NCBI GenBank assembly: GCA_043749935.1
Contig: JAYVCO010000327.1
Coordinates: 1-37,314, forward strand
Reading direction: 5' to 3'
Origin: Planctomycetia bacterium
GTDB taxonomy: Bacteria; Planctomycetota; Planctomycetia; Pirellulales; PALSA-1355
Length of the DNA: 37,314 bases
Shown one piece after another: positions 35,232 through 37,314 of the stretch (position 1 is the stretch's first letter; every line of letters starts with the position of its first letter). A program made the translations under genes and the position numbers. The notes beneath the pieces are model-generated. The model was not told the DNA's origin. It searched no databases and worked only from the letters and a program-made list of their open reading frames with translations.

Positions 35232-36563
35232 TTGGACGTTGTGTTGGACAGTTCCACGAAAGTTGCAGAAACACCCGCTAGTTCCTCTCCCGGATTTGCT
35301 GACCTTAATCTTTCTCCGACCATGATGGTGGCCCTGGAGAAGGCCGGGTATCTTGAGCCCACTCCGATTCAGGCGGGTCTGATTCCTCACGCTTTGCCCG
35401 GCGGCGATGTGCTCGGCCAGGCCCGGACTGGCACCGGCAAAACGGCCGCCTTTGTGATCCCCATTCTCGAGCGGATCCAACCGAACAAAAAAGGGGTCGG
35501 TGCCCAGGCGCTCATTCTGGTCCCAACCCGCGAGTTGGCCGTGCAAGTTCGCGAGGAAGTCGTCAAGCTTTCGCACGGCCGCAAGACTCACTCGGTCGCC
35601 CTCTACGGCGGCAAGCCGATCCGAGGGCAAATCGAAAAACTCGCGCGCGGGCCCGACATCATCATCGGCACGCCCGGGCGCGTCTTGGATCACATGGGCC
35701 GCGGCACGTTGAAAATGGACGATCTGATGATCGTCGTCTTGGACGAAGCCGACCGGATGCTCGACATTGGCTTTCGGCCCGACATCGAAAAAATTCTGCG
35801 TCGCTGCCCTCGCGAGCGGCAAACCCTGCTACTGAGTGCCACGGTGCCGCCGCCGGTCGAGCGGCTGGCGCGCAGCTACATGCGCAACCCGGAGTCGCTC
35901 AACTTCTCGCCGACCGACATTTCGGTCGAGACGATCGAACAGTTCTATTGCACGGTCGACGCCGATCGGAAATTCGAGTTGCTCGAGCACCTCGTGAAAC
36001 GTGAGCAACCGCACCAGGCCATCGTCTTTTGCCGTACCAAACGGGGCACCGACAAGGTCGAGCGGCGGCTGACCAAGAAATTCGACAACGTGGCGTGCAT
36101 CCACGGAGATTTGGCCCAGAGCGCCCGCGATCGGGTGATGGCGGCCTTTCGCGAAGGCAAAGTTCGCGTCCTGGTGGCCACGGATGTCGTGGGCCGCGGC
36201 ATCGACGTCAGCAGCATCTCGCATATCTTCAATTACGACATTCCGCAGTTCTGCGACGACTACGTACATCGGGTCGGGCGCACCGGCCGGATGGGTCGCG
36301 AAGGTGTCGCCTACACATTCGTCACGCCCGAAGAGGGTAGCGAACTGACGCGCATCGAAATGCGGATCGACCGGCTGCTCAAGCGCGACGACGTGCCTGG
36401 GTTTGCCTCCCGCGAAATCACGCCGGTGTCGCAAGCGGCGGTTCGAGCGGCAGACGCCGCGGCTGGGGACGGCGCGGACGCGGCTGCGGAAGCCCCCAAG
36501 CCGGCGCCCCCTCTCTACGGTCGCGACGGCCGGCCCCGTCGAAGAATTCGCCGAGCGCTCTAA
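35232..36563 (+). CDS. DEAD-box ATP-dependent RNA helicase (RhlE/DeaD-like)
   Basis: The Q-motif region is PTPIQ. Motif I is ARTGTGKTAAF, motif II is VLDEADRML, motif III is SAT and motif VI is HRVGRTGRMG. The C-terminal tail is Arg-rich. The track gives a TTG start at 35232. Confidence 0.9.
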   Translation: MDVVLDSSTKVAETPASSSPGFADLNLSPTMMVALEKAGYLEPTPIQAGLIPHALPGGDVLGQARTGTGKTAAFVIPILERIQPNKKGVGAQALILVPTRELAVQVREEVVKLSHGRKTHSVALYGGKPIRGQIEKLARGPDIIIGTPGRVLDHMGRGTLKMDDLMIVVLDEADRMLDIGFRPDIEKILRRCPRERQTLLLSATVPPPVERLARSYMRNPESLNFSPTDISVETIEQFYCTVDADRKFELLEHLVKREQPHQAIVFCRTKRGTDKVERRLTKKFDNVACIHGDLAQSARDRVMAAFREGKVRVLVATDVVGRGIDVSSISHIFNYDIPQFCDDYVHRVGRTGRMGREGVAYTFVTPEEGSELTRIEMRIDRLLKRDDVPGFASREITPVSQAAVRAADAAAGDGADAAAEAPKPAPPLYGRDGRPRRRIRRAL

Positions 36564-36642
36564 CAGAATCTGCCGCGTCGAGTCGTTCAAGGCAACCCAT
36601 GCGAGCGGCGCCGTGCCACCGCTAGCGGCTTAGCAGCGCGCC

Positions 36643-37314
36643 ATGCACAACATGCAATCGCAACGGGACATCCTGAATCTTCGAGCGATCGCGTTTGCAA
36701 GCGCCCTGCTAATAGCCGTCCCCATACTGGCCGCCGAGCCACCTGCCGCGCCCGCCAAGGCGCCCACGATTCGCCAGATCGACTCGCAGCACCTGACACT
36801 CTTCACCGATCTTCCTCCCAGCACCGAGATCGACGCACTGCCCGACATTTTTGACCAGGCGTTTCCGCAGTGGTGCGCCTACTTCGGCGTGGATCCCAAA
36901 GAACACGCCGACTGGAAGCTGCGCGGCTACTTGATGAAAGCTCGCGAACACTTCGAGGCCGCGGGCATGGTGCCGGCTGATCTGCCGAACTTCTTGAACG
37001 GGTATTCGCGCGGCAAGCAGTTCTGGCTCTATGACCAGACGAGCCCCTACTATCGCCGCCATTTGCTGCTGCACGAGGGAACGCACGCTTTCATGGACAC
37101 GCTCGCCCACGGCCGCGGCACTCCCTGGTTCGCCGAAGGGATGGCAGAATTGCTGGCCACGCACCGGATCGAGAATGGCCAGTTGGAGCTAAATTACTTT
37201 CCGCGCGATCGCCACGAAGTTTCGAAATGGGGGCGGATCGAGATCGTGCAAACCCAGTTCGCGGCCCGGCGCGCGATGAGCCTCGAAAAGATTCTTGCCC
37301 TGCCGGGCCGCGCG
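36643..37314 (+). CDS. N-terminal part of a secreted HExxH metallopeptidase-like protein (DUF1570-like); the 3' end lies outside the window
   Basis: The frame runs from ATG 36643 to the window edge (224 codons). It is absent from the ORF track because it has no stop in the window. The signal peptide is LRAIAFASALLIAVPILAAEP and the motif is LLLHEGTHAFMD. Confidence 0.65.
   Translation, partial: MHNMQSQRDILNLRAIAFASALLIAVPILAAEPPAAPAKAPTIRQIDSQHLTLFTDLPPSTEIDALPDIFDQAFPQWCAYFGVDPKEHADWKLRGYLMKAREHFEAAGMVPADLPNFLNGYSRGKQFWLYDQTSPYYRRHLLLHEGTHAFMDTLAHGRGTPWFAEGMAELLATHRIENGQLELNYFPRDRHEVSKWGRIEIVQTQFAARRAMSLEKILALPGRA

Noticed and set aside
36709-37164. 151-aa minus-strand ORF
   Set aside because: It is antisense to the edge-truncated HExxH protein frame, which has a signal peptide and a metal-binding motif.
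1-37314. Search by eye for tRNA, rRNA, tmRNA, RNase P or SRP RNA signatures, CRISPR arrays, integrases, transposases and toxin-antitoxin or defence genes
   Set aside because: None was recognised. The intergenic regions are short apart from those already described, and no conserved RNA signature strings or spacer-repeat periodicity were found.

Overview
GC-rich chromosomal segment that looks like Planctomycetota, probably Pirellulales-like. This placement is inferred from gene content: a DUF1559/H-X9-DG pseudopilin-like protein, PEP-CTERM proteins, DUF1080 and DUF1570-like proteins, and weak Shine-Dalgarno usage. I support about 30 CDS, mostly housekeeping. They include rpoD, aroE, bioD, a beta-carbonic anhydrase, the agmatine-to-putrescine pair aguA/aguB, an aminotransferase, a DEAD-box helicase, a quinone reductase and an SDR. 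There is also a minus-strand glycogen cluster built on GH57 enzymes (glgA, GH57, GalT-like, GH57). I saw no tRNA, rRNA, CRISPR array, transposase or integrase. The most interesting items are listed here. (1) A clear cobalamin riboswitch with its own promoter lies at 12721-12966. It is hidden under spurious track ORFs. It leads into a DUF1559 pilin-like gene, two PEP-CTERM surface proteins and a methyltransferase, which I propose as an undescribed B12-responsive surface or uptake module. (2) A complete bacterial topoisomerase VI operon (top6B-top6A) is present. (3) Two inverted copies of a 149-nt five-hairpin element carry compensatory substitutions and bracket glgA plus a frameshifted RDD gene. 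(4) A MITE-like element with 19-bp perfect inverted repeats sits between convergent genes. (5) A 50-aa Lys/Ala-rich histone-H1-like ORF is absent from the ORF track. All product calls rest on motif recognition by eye; no database search was run.
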